NCBI GenBank assembly: GCA_020638905.1
Contig: JACKHP010000009.1
Location: 101,956-165,955, forward strand
Reading direction: 5' to 3'
Length of the DNA: 64,000 bases
DNA from: Planctomycetota bacterium
GTDB lineage: Bacteria; Planctomycetota; B15-G4
Part shown: positions 51,370-61,700 of the stretch, piece by piece
Numbering within the stretch: position 1 is the first letter of the stretch
Layout of the letters: every line of letters begins with the position of its first letter
Notes under the pieces: model-generated
Told to the model about the DNA's origin: nothing
What the model saw: only the letters and a program-made list of their open reading frames with translations
Database searches by the model: none
Made by a program: the position numbers and the translations under genes

Positions 51370-53510
51370 CGCGTGCGCACTGGACCGCTCGGTGCGCGGC
51401 TGCCATCCTGCGGGCCATGCACGACGACGCGGGCGCATCGACGACCGGGGGGACGCGCCCCGCACGGCGACGGACGACCCCGCGCGGCGTCCTGACCGCG
51501 GGTCGCGGGGTGCTCGCGGTGGGGGTCGCGCTGCTCGCTGCGTCCGGCTGCGGCGACGCGAGCGACGCGGCGCGCGGCACGCATCCCGCCGCGACGCTGG
51601 ACGCCGCGCGCCGCGCGCTGCGGGCGGGCGACGCGCCCGTCGTCCCCGAGCGCTTCGCCGTCTGCCACGAGTGCCACCGCGCGATCGTCGAGTCGTTCGC
51701 GGCGCACGGCATGGCCTCGACGCTGGGGCCGCTCGACCACGATCCGTCGGGCGAGGTGACCTCGCCCACGTCGGGCGCGCGCTACGCGTTCGAGGCGCAC
51801 GGCGACGCGCGGCTGCTGCGCGAGGACGCGTCCGACGGCGGGCTGCGACGTGCGCTCGTGGTGGGACGCTACGGCGCCGGCGTGCTCGACGTGTCGTACG
51901 TCGGCAGCGAGCTGGGCGTCGACGGCCGTCCCACGGGACGCCTCGCGTTCCTGCCGGTCGAGGCGCTCGCCGGGCACGGCCTCGTGCCCACGCCCTTCGA
52001 GCTCGACGCAGCCACGGGCTTCGCGATGCCGTTCGACCTCGAGTGCCTCGCGTGCCACACGCGCGACGATCCGTCGGCGCTGCCCGGCGCGGCGCGCGAC
52101 GTGCTCGCCGACCCGCCGCCCGCGCGCGCGCGGGTGTGGCCCGGCGAGCGGCTCGGCGTCGACGCGCTCCTGCGGCTGGAACCGCTCGGCTGCGACGCGT
52201 GCCACGGACCGACCGCGCGCCACGCGCAGCTCATGTCCGACGCCCTCGCGCGCGGCGAGCGCGTGCCCGAGCTGGGACTGCCGCGGCTCGCGTCGCTCGA
52301 CGCGGGCACGCAGCGCGACGTGTGCGCGCGCTGCCATCTGCAGGGCGAGGCGCGGCTGCGCCTGGACGAGCTGCCGTCCGGTCCGCTAGACGAGCCGCTG
52401 GCCGCGCTGCGTCCGACGCTCGTGCCGGCCGCGCCCGGCGACGACTTCCGCTTCGTGGGACAGACGGCGCGGCTGCAGCTCTCGGCCTGCTTCGGTGCCA
52501 CGCCGACGATGACCTGCACGAGCTGTCACGACCCGCACACGGCCGTGGCGTTGCAGGGCACCGAGGCGTTCGACGCGCGCTGCGTCGGCTGCCACGCCGA
52601 CGACTCGGCGAGCGCGTGCGTGCGTCCGGCGGGCCTCGCCGTGCGCGACGTCACGGGACGCGCCGCGCGCACGCCGCGCGGCTGCGTCGACTGCCACGTG
52701 CGCCGCAGCGAACCCTTCGACCTGCCGGGCGTCGTCACCGCCGATCACTTCGTCCGCCGGCGCATCCCTGCGCCGGGCCCGGCGCGCATGCGCGCTTACG
52801 AAGATCCCGACGGCGCGCTGGCGATCTGCGACGACGGACGGCTCGCGCCCGCGCTCGCCACGCCCGACGGCGCGCGCTTCGAGCACGCGCTGGCCGCGCT
52901 CGTCCTGCCGCGCATGGGACGGCTCGACGAGGCGCTCGTCGCCTTCGACGCGCTGCCGTCCCCCGGGACGCCCGCCGCGCGCGGGGAAGAGGAAGCGGGG
53001 CCCGCAGCCGCAACCGAGGCCGAGAGCGCGGGACGCGCATTGCTGCGGCGCCTGCTGCGCTCGCCCGACCTGCATCACCTGCGCGGCGTGACGCTGGCGG
53101 CCGCCGGACGCACCGACGAGGCGCTGGCCGCGCTGGACGACGCGCTGCGGCTCGATGCGTCCCAGCCGCAGGCGCGGCTCGAGCGGGCCTCGCTGCGCTT
53201 GCAGCGTGGGGACGCGGCCGGAGCGCGCGACGACGCGCTGCAACTCGTGCGCCGCTATCCGCTCGCCGAGAAGCCGTGGAACGTGCTGGCCGTGGCCGCC
53301 GCGCAGGCGGGGGACGCGGCCGCGGCCGCCTCGGCGCTGGCCGAGTCGGTGGCGCGCCAGCCGGGCGACGCCGCCACCTGGCACGAGCTGGGACGCCTGC
53401 TGTTGCGCCTCGGCCAGCGCGACGACGCGCGCAGCGCACTCGAGCAGGCGCGCGGCCTGCAACCCTCGCGTCCCGGGCTGGACGCCGACCTCGCGGCCTG
53501 CGCGCGCTGA
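51366..53510 (+). CDS. Heptahaem c-type cytochrome lipoprotein with C-terminal TPR repeats
   Basis: Seven CxxCH motifs (CHECH, CLACH, CDACH, CARCH, CTSCH, CVGCH, CVDCH). Lipobox LLAASGC. The C-terminal region has about 200 aa of TPR-like helices. I chose GTG 51366 because it overlaps the upstream stop (GTGA). The alternative start is ATG 51417. Confidence 0.8.
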   Translation: MTRAHWTARCAAAILRAMHDDAGASTTGGTRPARRRTTPRGVLTAGRGVLAVGVALLAASGCGDASDAARGTHPAATLDAARRALRAGDAPVVPERFAVCHECHRAIVESFAAHGMASTLGPLDHDPSGEVTSPTSGARYAFEAHGDARLLREDASDGGLRRALVVGRYGAGVLDVSYVGSELGVDGRPTGRLAFLPVEALAGHGLVPTPFELDAATGFAMPFDLECLACHTRDDPSALPGAARDVLADPPPARARVWPGERLGVDALLRLEPLGCDACHGPTARHAQLMSDALARGERVPELGLPRLASLDAGTQRDVCARCHLQGEARLRLDELPSGPLDEPLAALRPTLVPAAPGDDFRFVGQTARLQLSACFGATPTMTCTSCHDPHTAVALQGTEAFDARCVGCHADDSASACVRPAGLAVRDVTGRAARTPRGCVDCHVRRSEPFDLPGVVTADHFVRRRIPAPGPARMRAYEDPDGALAICDDGRLAPALATPDGARFEHALAALVLPRMGRLDEALVAFDALPSPGTPAARGEEEAGPAAATEAESAGRALLRRLLRSPDLHHLRGVTLAAAGRTDEALAALDDALRLDASQPQARLERASLRLQRGDAAGARDDALQLVRRYPLAEKPWNVLAVAAAQAGDAAAAASALAESVARQPGDAATWHELGRLLLRLGQRDDARSALEQARGLQPSRPGLDADLAACAR

Positions 53511-53573
53511 CGCGCGGCGACGCGCCTCGGTCGACGCGCGAGGCCTCGCCGCGTCGCGCCGACGCGACTTGCG

Positions 53574-55142
53574 TCAGCGGACCTCGAGCGCGAGCACGCG
53601 TCCGCAGGTGAGCTGCGTGCGCCCCTTGAACCCGTCGGCGAACCAGGCGTCGGGCGTGAGCGCGACCTCGAAGGGCGCATCCGGCTCGGGGCGCGCGGGC
53701 AGCGCGAACTCGGCGCGCACCACGCGACCGTCGGGCGGCAGGACGAGTGCGCCGACGCCGTGTCCGTCCACCGCGACGGAGAGCGTCACGTCGCCCAGGT
53801 GCTCGCCGCCCGGCTCGGCGCGCGCGCGCAGCACGAGACGCTCGCCCGGGGGCAGCAGCGCGAGCATGCGCAGCGCGCAGCTCCCGTCGGGATTCAGGCC
53901 GCCGTAGATCTGCGCGGTGCCCAGTCCGGTCGCGATGTCGATGCGCGGCTCCAGGAGGGCCGCCGCCTCCTGGCGCGCTTCGCGAGCCCGGGCGCGGATC
54001 GTGTCGGCCGTGCGCCCGGACGCGTGGTGCGCCGCCGCTTCGTCGGAGACGTCCGGCAGCGGACGGTCGGCGCCGCGGTCGAGGAAGCCGCGCGCCAGCA
54101 GTGCCTCGGCCGTCCAGCGCGCGAGGGCGAACGTGCCCGCGGCGTCGGGGTGAGGATTTCCGGGCAGCCTGCAGGCCTGCGGTGCCTCGTCGAAGCCCGG
54201 CACGAGCGGCACGTCGGGCGCGACGTCGAGCAGGCGTTCGCGCAGCATCCACGCGTACCCGCCGGCGTAGCCCTGCTCCTGGTACAGCAGCACCGCGAAC
54301 GGGACGTCGTTGCGCGCGCAGAGCGCGGCGAGGTGCGCGATCGACGCGGCGTCGGCGTCGTAGCGCGCGCGCGACTCGTCCGAGAGATCGCTCGTGAGCG
54401 CGGGCGGTCCGACCTGCGCGTCGGCCGGCAGTCCCGCGGTGTCGAGCCGTCCCGAGGCGTAGCGCGAGAGGAGCTCGGTCGTGTACGCCTGGCGCGACTC
54501 GAGGTCGACGCGCAGCCACGGATCGCGCTGCGAGAGGTCGACGCCCGCGCGCCGGAAGCCGGCCTCGGTCACGGTGAACGTGTCGGCCAGGTCGTTCTCG
54601 ATCGGCAGGTAGACGAGCACGTCGGGACGCACCGTCTGCCAGTGGTCCTCGAGGAAGCGCACCGCGTTCGCGTGGTTCCAGCCGGGCGCGCCGACGGTCA
54701 GGCAGGCCACCTCGCGCGCCTCGTCGCCGCGCACGTCGTGCAGGATGCGCTCGAGCTGGGCCGCGATCGTCTCGTCGTCGCGCAGTCCCAGGCCGAAGGC
54801 CACCGAGTCGCCCAGCACGACCACGCGCAGCGCGTCGTCGGGCGGTGCGCCGCCGGGCCGCACGCGCAGCCCCAGTGCGTCGGACGAGAAGGGCACGCCG
54901 AGCGAGAGCAGCTCGTCACCGGGTTTCAGCACCATGCCCACGAGCGGGTCGGGATGGTAGCGGTAGATGCCCTCGGTGAGCCGGCTCAGCGCGAGGCGTT
55001 CGGCGTCGTCGTGCAGCAGCGCCGCCGGCGCCGCGCCGCGCGGGCCGAGCAGCGAGCGTCCCGCGAAGAGCGAGAGCGCACCCTCGGCTGCCAGCAGCAC
55101 GAGCACCGTCACGCCGAGGGACAGGGCCAGGCGTCGGAGCAT
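53574..55142 (-). CDS. SGNH/GDSL hydrolase family protein with N-terminal anchor and C-terminal beta-rich domain
   Basis: Internal ATG of ORF 53574..55613 (MLRRLALSLGVTVLVLLAAEG). Block I is VVVLGDSVAFGLG. Confidence 0.75.
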   Translation of the reverse strand: MLRRLALSLGVTVLVLLAAEGALSLFAGRSLLGPRGAAPAALLHDDAERLALSRLTEGIYRYHPDPLVGMVLKPGDELLSLGVPFSSDALGLRVRPGGAPPDDALRVVVLGDSVAFGLGLRDDETIAAQLERILHDVRGDEAREVACLTVGAPGWNHANAVRFLEDHWQTVRPDVLVYLPIENDLADTFTVTEAGFRRAGVDLSQRDPWLRVDLESRQAYTTELLSRYASGRLDTAGLPADAQVGPPALTSDLSDESRARYDADAASIAHLAALCARNDVPFAVLLYQEQGYAGGYAWMLRERLLDVAPDVPLVPGFDEAPQACRLPGNPHPDAAGTFALARWTAEALLARGFLDRGADRPLPDVSDEAAAHHASGRTADTIRARAREARQEAAALLEPRIDIATGLGTAQIYGGLNPDGSCALRMLALLPPGERLVLRARAEPGGEHLGDVTLSVAVDGHGVGALVLPPDGRVVRAEFALPARPEPDAPFEVALTPDAWFADGFKGRTQLTCGRVLALEVR

Positions 55143-55299
55143 CGGGGCGTCCTCGGGGAGCGGGTCGCGAGCGGGTCGCGGCCTCGACGAGGAGCGCGAT
55201 GATACCGACGGGAGCGTCTCTCGCGCGCGGCGCGTGCGACCTGCATGATGACGACGAGCGGTCCCGCGCGGGGATCGCGCCTCGCCCCGGAGTCGTCCC

Positions 55300-55884
55300 G
55301 TGAAGTCGCTGCTCGCGTCCGCCGTGCTCGTCCTGACCGCCGTCGTGGCGCCCGTCGCCGACGACTTCTCGCCCTGGGAGCGCAAGCCCACCGAGCCCGA
55401 CGTGAGCCAGGGCGCCGTGGTCTCGCAGGTCGTGGGCGTCGACACGTGGCTGCGCATCGCGTACCACCGTCCCGGCGTGAAGGGCCGCAACGTGTGGAAG
55501 GACGAAGGCGCGCGCGGACGCCCGCTCGTGCCGGCCGACGGCAGCGCGTGGCGCGCGGGCGCGAACGAGGCCACCACCTTCGAGGCCTCGTCCGACGTGC
55601 TCGTCGAGGGCAAGCCGCTGGCCGCCGGGCGCTACTCGCTGTTCATGATCCCCGGCGACGAGCACTGGACGGTCGTGTTCAACTCGGTGGCCGACCAGTG
55701 GGGCGCGTACTCGTACGACCAGGAGCAGGACGTGCTGCGCGTCGAGGTCGCGCCGCAGGAGGCGCCGCACGTCGAGTGGCTCACGTACACGTTCGACGAT
55801 CCGCTGGCCGACTCGGTGCGTCCCACCCTGCGCTGGGCCGAGCTCGCGGTGCCGTTCACGGTCACGCTGCCGAAGGACGGCTGA
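55300..55884 (+). CDS. DUF2911 family secreted protein
   Basis: GTG start with GGAG 8 nt upstream and a signal peptide. The pattern IAYHRPGVKGRNVW...AWRAGANEATTFEASSDVLVEGKPLAAGRYSLFMIP...WTVVFN is typical of DUF2911. Confidence 0.8.
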   Translation: MKSLLASAVLVLTAVVAPVADDFSPWERKPTEPDVSQGAVVSQVVGVDTWLRIAYHRPGVKGRNVWKDEGARGRPLVPADGSAWRAGANEATTFEASSDVLVEGKPLAAGRYSLFMIPGDEHWTVVFNSVADQWGAYSYDQEQDVLRVEVAPQEAPHVEWLTYTFDDPLADSVRPTLRWAELAVPFTVTLPKDG

Positions 55885-55976
55885 AGCTCGGGCCGGTCGG
55901 GAGGGTCTCCGTGCTTCAAGCACGGCCAGGGCGTGGCTATCCTCGGTTCGGGGAATCGTCCCCCGGGAGTGACGTC

Positions 55977-56567
55977 ATGGTGCATCGTGCAGGCAGTCGC
56001 CTCGTCGCCGCCCTGGGGGCCGTCGCCCTCGGGCTGACCGCGGGGTGCGCGTCGGTGTCGTCGACGAGCGGGGCGCTCGCGACCGCGGCGCCGCGTCCGG
56101 CGTGGTTCGGCGACGACGAGCAGGCGGTCGAACAGCCGGCCGTCCCCGAAGGGCACTCCATCGGCCACCGGCTGGCCTTCTGGATCCCCAACCGCATCTT
56201 CGACGTCTTCGACATCGTGCGCGCGCGCGTGCTGCTCGGGCCCGGCATCGGCTTCACCGTGCGCGCCACCGAAGCCGTCGACGTCGTGCTCGGCGCCCAC
56301 ACCGCGCTCATGGTCGGCATCTGGGGACCGCGCGGCGAGCCGCGCATCCCGTGGCCGATCTTCCCCGAGATCTTCGCCGGCGCGGGCATCAGCGTGGCCG
56401 AGGCCACCACCGAGGACGGCCTCTTCACGCCGCACTACGGCACGGTCGAGTTCGGCGCCGGCGCGATGGTCGGCCTGGTCGGCTTCGACGTGGGCGTCGA
56501 CCCGCTGGAGATCGTCGACTTCGTCGTCGGCATCTTCACCTTCGACCTCATGGACGACGACTTCTGA
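55977..56567 (+). CDS. Putative lipoprotein, unknown function
   Basis: GGGAG lies 8 nt upstream of the ATG. LGAVALGLTAGC is a lipobox. The remainder is Gly/Val/Phe-rich. Confidence 0.55.
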   Translation: MVHRAGSRLVAALGAVALGLTAGCASVSSTSGALATAAPRPAWFGDDEQAVEQPAVPEGHSIGHRLAFWIPNRIFDVFDIVRARVLLGPGIGFTVRATEAVDVVLGAHTALMVGIWGPRGEPRIPWPIFPEIFAGAGISVAEATTEDGLFTPHYGTVEFGAGAMVGLVGFDVGVDPLEIVDFVVGIFTFDLMDDDF

Positions 56568-56743
56568 GCTGACCGAGTCCATCGTCGTCGCGATTCCGAG
56601 CGCGCGCGACGTCTCGTCCCGAATGGCGAGGCGTCGCGCGCGCGGTCGTTCCGGGTCGGCTTCGGCTCCGGGAATCCGGCGCGCTCCTGGGGGGGGGCGG
56701 CGGCGGCTCACCGAAAGCTCCCGGTCTCGAGGCCTTGCGGGTT

Positions 56744-56781
56744 GTCCAAGCGGTTTGTACAGTTGGTCAAACCATTTGGAC
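56744..56781. promoter_or_regulatory. Putative TetR operator (14-nt imperfect inverted repeat)
   Basis: GTCCAAGCGGTTTG-N10-CAAACCATTTGGAC, with 12 of 14 positions complementary. It lies in a locally AT-rich stretch and ends 14 nt before the TetR start at 56795. Confidence 0.5.
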
Positions 56782-56794
56782 GAAGAGGCTTCCC

Positions 56795-57574
56795 ATGCTC
56801 GAAGACCTGCCTCCTGGGCCCATTTCGGGGTCCGATGACGTGTGGGCCCCGGCCGGAGATGCAGCGTCCGGCGGGGGCGACCTGCCTGCCGGGCTGACGG
56901 CGGCCGAGGGCGGCGACGCTCCCTGCGGACCGCGCCAGCGCATCCTCGAGGAGGCCTCGCGGCTGTTCGCCGAGCGAGGCTTCGACGGGGTCCCGGTGCG
57001 CGAGATCGCGTCGGCGGCCGGCGTCTCGCACGCGGCGCTCAACTACTACTTCCACGGCAAGCGCGAGCTGTACCTGTCGGTCTTCGGCACCTGCTGGAGC
57101 CACGCCAAGGAGGTGCAGGCCGAGGGCGCGGCGCTCGTCGAGCGCGCGCGCGCGGCGTCCTCTCCCGACGAGTTGCGCGGACTGTTCCGCGACTGGGTCG
57201 TGTCGTTCTTCCGCGCGGCGAACGAGACCACCGACCCGGTGGCGCAGGGGCTCGCGGCGCGCGAGATGACCCAGCCCGGCGGGCCGTGCGACGAGGTCTT
57301 CGAGGGACTCATCCGTCCGCGGCACCGGCAGCTCGAGCAGCTCGTCGGGCTCGTGCGTCCCGACCTCGACGAGAGCGCGCAGCGACAGCTCGCCATCGGC
57401 GTCATCGCGCAGGTGCTGTACTACCGCTTCTCGCGTCCCACCGCGCTGCGCCTGCTCGGCGTCGAGCAACTCGACCCGGCGCTCGTCGAGCGGCTGGCCC
57501 AGGGCGTGGCGAGCACCAGCCTGCACGGCGTGCTCGAGGCGCGCTTCGACGCCTCCCCCGAGGACCGGTCGTGA
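56795..57574 (+). CDS. TetR/AcrR family transcriptional regulator
   Basis: HTH RQRILEEASRLFAERGFDGVPVREIASAAGVSHAALNYYFHGKRELY. Start taken at ATG 56795 (MLEDLPP) rather than 56735, which would encode the palindrome. Confidence 0.85.
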   Translation: MLEDLPPGPISGSDDVWAPAGDAASGGGDLPAGLTAAEGGDAPCGPRQRILEEASRLFAERGFDGVPVREIASAAGVSHAALNYYFHGKRELYLSVFGTCWSHAKEVQAEGAALVERARAASSPDELRGLFRDWVVSFFRAANETTDPVAQGLAAREMTQPGGPCDEVFEGLIRPRHRQLEQLVGLVRPDLDESAQRQLAIGVIAQVLYYRFSRPTALRLLGVEQLDPALVERLAQGVASTSLHGVLEARFDASPEDRS

Positions 57575-58731
57575 ACGCGCGCGTGAAGCAGGTGCTGGCG
57601 GCGTGCGTCGTCGCGACGGCGGCCGCGTGCAGCAAGGCCCCGGCGTCGACGGCGGCCGCGGGACGTCCGTCGGTGACCGTCGCGCCGGTGGTCGAGGTGC
57701 CGATCGCCGACACGCTCGAGCTCGTGGGGCGCACCGAGGCGGTGCAGCGCGTCGAGGTGCGCGCGCGCGTCCAGGGCGTGCTCGAGGAGAAGGCCTTCGA
57801 GGACGGACAGTACGTCGAGCAGGACGACCTGCTGTTCCGCATCGAGCGTGCCACGTACGAGGTGGCGCTGGCCGCCGCCGAGGCCACGCGCTCGCGCGCC
57901 GAGGCGCGCTTCGCCCAGGCCGAGAGCTACAGGAAGCGGCTCGAGTCGGTCAAGGCCGGCGGCGTCGCGCCGTCGGACCTCGAGGCCGCCGTGCACGACG
58001 CGGCGCTGGCGCGCGCCGACCTCGACGCGGCCGCCGCGAGCGTGGCCGCCGCCGAACTCGACCTCGGCTACACCGAGGTGCGCGCGCCCATCTCCGGTCG
58101 CGTCGGACGCACGCAGCTCACCGTCGGCAACCTGGTCGGTCCCGACACGGGACCGCTGCTCACGATCAACCAGCTCGACCCGATCTACGTGACCTACGCC
58201 GCGTCGGAGACCGAGTACGTGACGCGCATGCGCGCGCGCCTCGCGGCCGGCCGGCCGGTTCCCGGCGCCAAGGGCCAGGACGTGCGCTCGGCGTCCGAGT
58301 TCGTGCCGCACATCAAGCTCGCCGACGGCCGCGCGTACGACCACCCGGGACGCGTCGTGTTCTTCGACAACGGCGTCGACTCGTCCACGGGCACGATCAT
58401 CCTGCGCGCCGAGTTCCCGAACCCCGACTCGCTGCTGCTGCCGGGACAGTACGTCTCGGTCGAGGTCGTGCGCAGCGAGCCGACGCTCACGCGGCTCGTC
58501 CCCCAGGCCGCCGTCATGCAGGACCAGCAGGGGCGCTCGGTGCTCGTGGTCGACGGCGAAGGCAAGGTCGAGAGCCGGCGCGTCACGCTGGGCGACGTGC
58601 ACGGTCCCGACTGGGTGGTGCAGGACGGCCTCGAGCCGGGCGAGACGGTGATCGTCTCGGGCCTCGAGAAGGTGCGTCCCGGCGTGCTCGTCGACACGAT
58701 GCCGCTGCCCACCGCGCCGTCGGGGAGCTGA
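57571..58731 (+). CDS. RND efflux periplasmic adaptor (membrane fusion protein)
   Basis: GTG overlaps the TetR stop (GTGA). Lipobox VATAAAC. It has coiled-coil and beta-barrel MFP signatures (LDLGYTEVRAPISGRVGRTQLTVGNLV). Confidence 0.9.
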   Translation: MNARVKQVLAACVVATAAACSKAPASTAAAGRPSVTVAPVVEVPIADTLELVGRTEAVQRVEVRARVQGVLEEKAFEDGQYVEQDDLLFRIERATYEVALAAAEATRSRAEARFAQAESYRKRLESVKAGGVAPSDLEAAVHDAALARADLDAAAASVAAAELDLGYTEVRAPISGRVGRTQLTVGNLVGPDTGPLLTINQLDPIYVTYAASETEYVTRMRARLAAGRPVPGAKGQDVRSASEFVPHIKLADGRAYDHPGRVVFFDNGVDSSTGTIILRAEFPNPDSLLLPGQYVSVEVVRSEPTLTRLVPQAAVMQDQQGRSVLVVDGEGKVESRRVTLGDVHGPDWVVQDGLEPGETVIVSGLEKVRPGVLVDTMPLPTAPSGS

Positions 58732-58735
58732 GCCT

Positions 58736-61700
58736 GTGTTCAGCCAGTTCTTCATCACGCGCCCGCGCTTCGCGATGGTGCTCTCGATCGTGCTCGTGCT
58801 CGGCGGGCTCGTGTCGATGTTCACGCTGCCCGTGGCGCAGTACCCGGAGATCGCGCCGCCGCAGGTGAAGGTCACCGCGATCTATCCCGGCGCCAGCGCG
58901 CAGGTGCTCGAGGACACCGTCGCCGCGCCGATCGAGACCCAGGTCAACGGCGCGGAGGACATGCTCTACATGTCCTCGACCAGCACGAGCGACGGACGCT
59001 ACACGCTCACCGTCACGTTCGAGGTCGGCACCGACATCGACATCGCCGCGGTCGACGTGCAGAACCGCGTCGCGCTCGCGACCTCGCAGCTCCCGGAGGA
59101 GGTCACGCGCCAGGGCGTGTCGGTGCAGAAGCAGTCGTCCGACATGCTGCTGGTCATCTCGCTCTTCTCGCCCGACCGCACGTACGACCAGCTCTTCCTC
59201 TCGAACTACGTCTCGACCCACGTGCTGGACGTGCTGGCGCGCGTGCCCGGCGTGGGCAGCGCGTCGATCTTCGGCGCGCTCGACTACGGCATGCGCGTCT
59301 GGATCGACCCCGAGCGCATGGCCGGCTTCGGGCTCACCACCGCCGACCTCGCGGCCGCCATCCGCGACCAGAACGTGCAGGCCGCCGCGGGACAGATCGG
59401 CCAGGCGCCCTCGTCCGACACGCAGCAGCTCCAGTACACGGTGCGCGCCAAGGGCCGCCTGTCCGACGTGAAGGAGTTCGAGGACATCGTCCTGCGCGCG
59501 AACCAGGACGGCTCGGTGCTGCGCCTGGGCGACGTCGCGCGGGTCGAGCTGGGCGCGCGCAGCTACGGCTCGTTCGGCCTGCTCGACGGACGCGAGGCGA
59601 TCAACTTCGCCGTCTTCCAGCGGCCGGGCGCGAACGCGCTGGACGTGGCCGAGGGCGTGCGCACGGCCATGGCCGACCTCTCGACGCGCTTCCCGCCGGG
59701 CGTCTCGTACCAGGTCGTGTACGACACGACGCGCTTCATCACCGCCTCGCTCGAGGAGCTCACGACCACGCTCTTCATCACGGTCGTGCTGGTCGTGCTC
59801 GTGGTGTACGTCTTCCTGCAGGACTGGCGCTCGACGCTCGTGCCGGCGCTCGCGGTGCCGGTCTCGCTCGTGGGCACCTTCGTGGCGCTCCAGGCGCTGG
59901 GCTTCTCGATCAACACGATCACGCTCTTCGGTCTCGTGCTCGCCATCGGCATCGTGGTCGACGACGCCATCGTCGTGATCGAGAACGTCCAGCGGCACAT
60001 GGACGACGGCCTGCCGGCCGTCGAGGCCACGCGCGTCGCCATGCGCGAGGTGACCGGTCCGGTCATCGCGACCACGCTCGTGCTGCTGGCCGTGTTCGTC
60101 CCCGTGGCGTTCCTGTCCGGCATCACGGGACAGCTCTACCGCCAGTTCGCGGTCACGATCTCGGTCAGCGTGGCGATCTCGTCGTTCAACGCGCTCACGC
60201 TCAGTCCCGCGCTCTGCGCCACGATCCTCAGGTCGGGCGACCGCAAGCCGTGGTTCGCGCTGCGCGCGTTCAACGCGTTCTTCGAGCGCGCCACCTCGAG
60301 CTACCTGCGCTCGGCTCGCGGGCTGCTGCGCCGGCTCGTGCTGGCCGGCGTGATCCTGCTGGGCATCACGGTCGGGACGGTCGCGCTCGCGTCGTCCACG
60401 TCGAAGAGCTTCGTGCCCACCGAGGACCAGGGCGTGATCCTGATGAACGTGCAGCTCCCCGACGGCGCCTCGCTCGAGCGCACCGACGAGGTCATGCGGC
60501 GCATCGACCAGGAGCTGCTCTCGATCCCCGGCGTGAAGGACTCGATCACGATCCGCGGCACGAGCCTGCTCTCGGGCGGCGCCTCGAACGTCGGCCTGGG
60601 CGTCGCGGTGCTCGCGCCGTGGGAGGAGCGCGACACGCCCGCGCTCTCGCAGGAGGGCATCCTGGCCGAGATGTGGAAGCGCTTCGGTGCGCTGCCCGGG
60701 GCGACGATCATCCCGTTCGTGCGGCCGGCGATCCGCGGCCTGGGCAACACCGGCGGCTTCGAGCTGCAGCTGCAGGACACGGCCGCGCGCACGCCGCAGG
60801 AGCTCGCCGAGGCCACGCGCGCGTTCACCTACGAGGCCAACCAGGACCCGCGCCTGGCCAAGGTCTTCTCGACCTTCCGCGCCGACGTCCCGCAGATCGG
60901 ACTCGACCTCGACCGCGAGCACGCCAAGATGCTCGACGTCGACGTGGGCGACGTGTTCGGCACGCTGCAGGCGTACCTCGGCGGCCAGTACGTGAACGAC
61001 TTCAACCGCGGCGGACGCGTCTACCAGGTCATCATCCAGGCCGAGGACGACTTCCGCGACGACGCGGGCGACATCGGCCGGCTCTACGTGCGCAGCGGCG
61101 CGGGACGCATGGTGCCGCTGCGATCGCTCACCTCGACGCGCTCGCAGCTCGGTCCCGAGTCGCTCTCGCGCTTCAACATGTTCCGCGCGGCCACGGTGAA
61201 CGGCAGCGCCGCCGCCGGCGTGAGCTCGGGCGACGCGCTCGAAGCCCTCGAGGAGACCGCCGGGCGCGTGCTGCCCGGCGGCATGACGTTGGCCTGGTCG
61301 GGCATGTCGCTCCAGGAGAAGCGCACGGGCGACGAGGGCACCGTGGTGCTGCTGCTCGGGATGCTGTTCGTGTACCTGTTCCTCGTGGCGCAGTACGAGA
61401 GCTGGGCGATCCCCGCGGCGGTGCTGCTCGTGATCCCGATCGCGCTCGGCGGCGCCTTCGTGGCCGCGGCGGTCACGCGCTCGAGCCTCGACCTCTACAT
61501 GCAGATCGGGCTCGTGATGCTCGTGGGACTGTCCACCAAGCAGGCCGTGCTGATGGTCGAGTTCGCCATGCAGCAGCGCGAGGCCGGCCGGTCGATCGAG
61601 GACTCCGCCGCGGCCGCCGCGCACCTGCGCTTCCGCGCGGTGATGATGACGGCGCTCACCTTCGTGCTCGGCGTGCTGCCGCTGCTCGTGGCCAGCGGCG

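Noticed and set aside
56735-56794. Track start (56735) for the TetR regulator
   Set aside because: It would make the AT-rich inverted repeat coding and adds a non-conserved MRVVQAVCTVGQTIWTKRLP extension. ATG 56795 is preferred.
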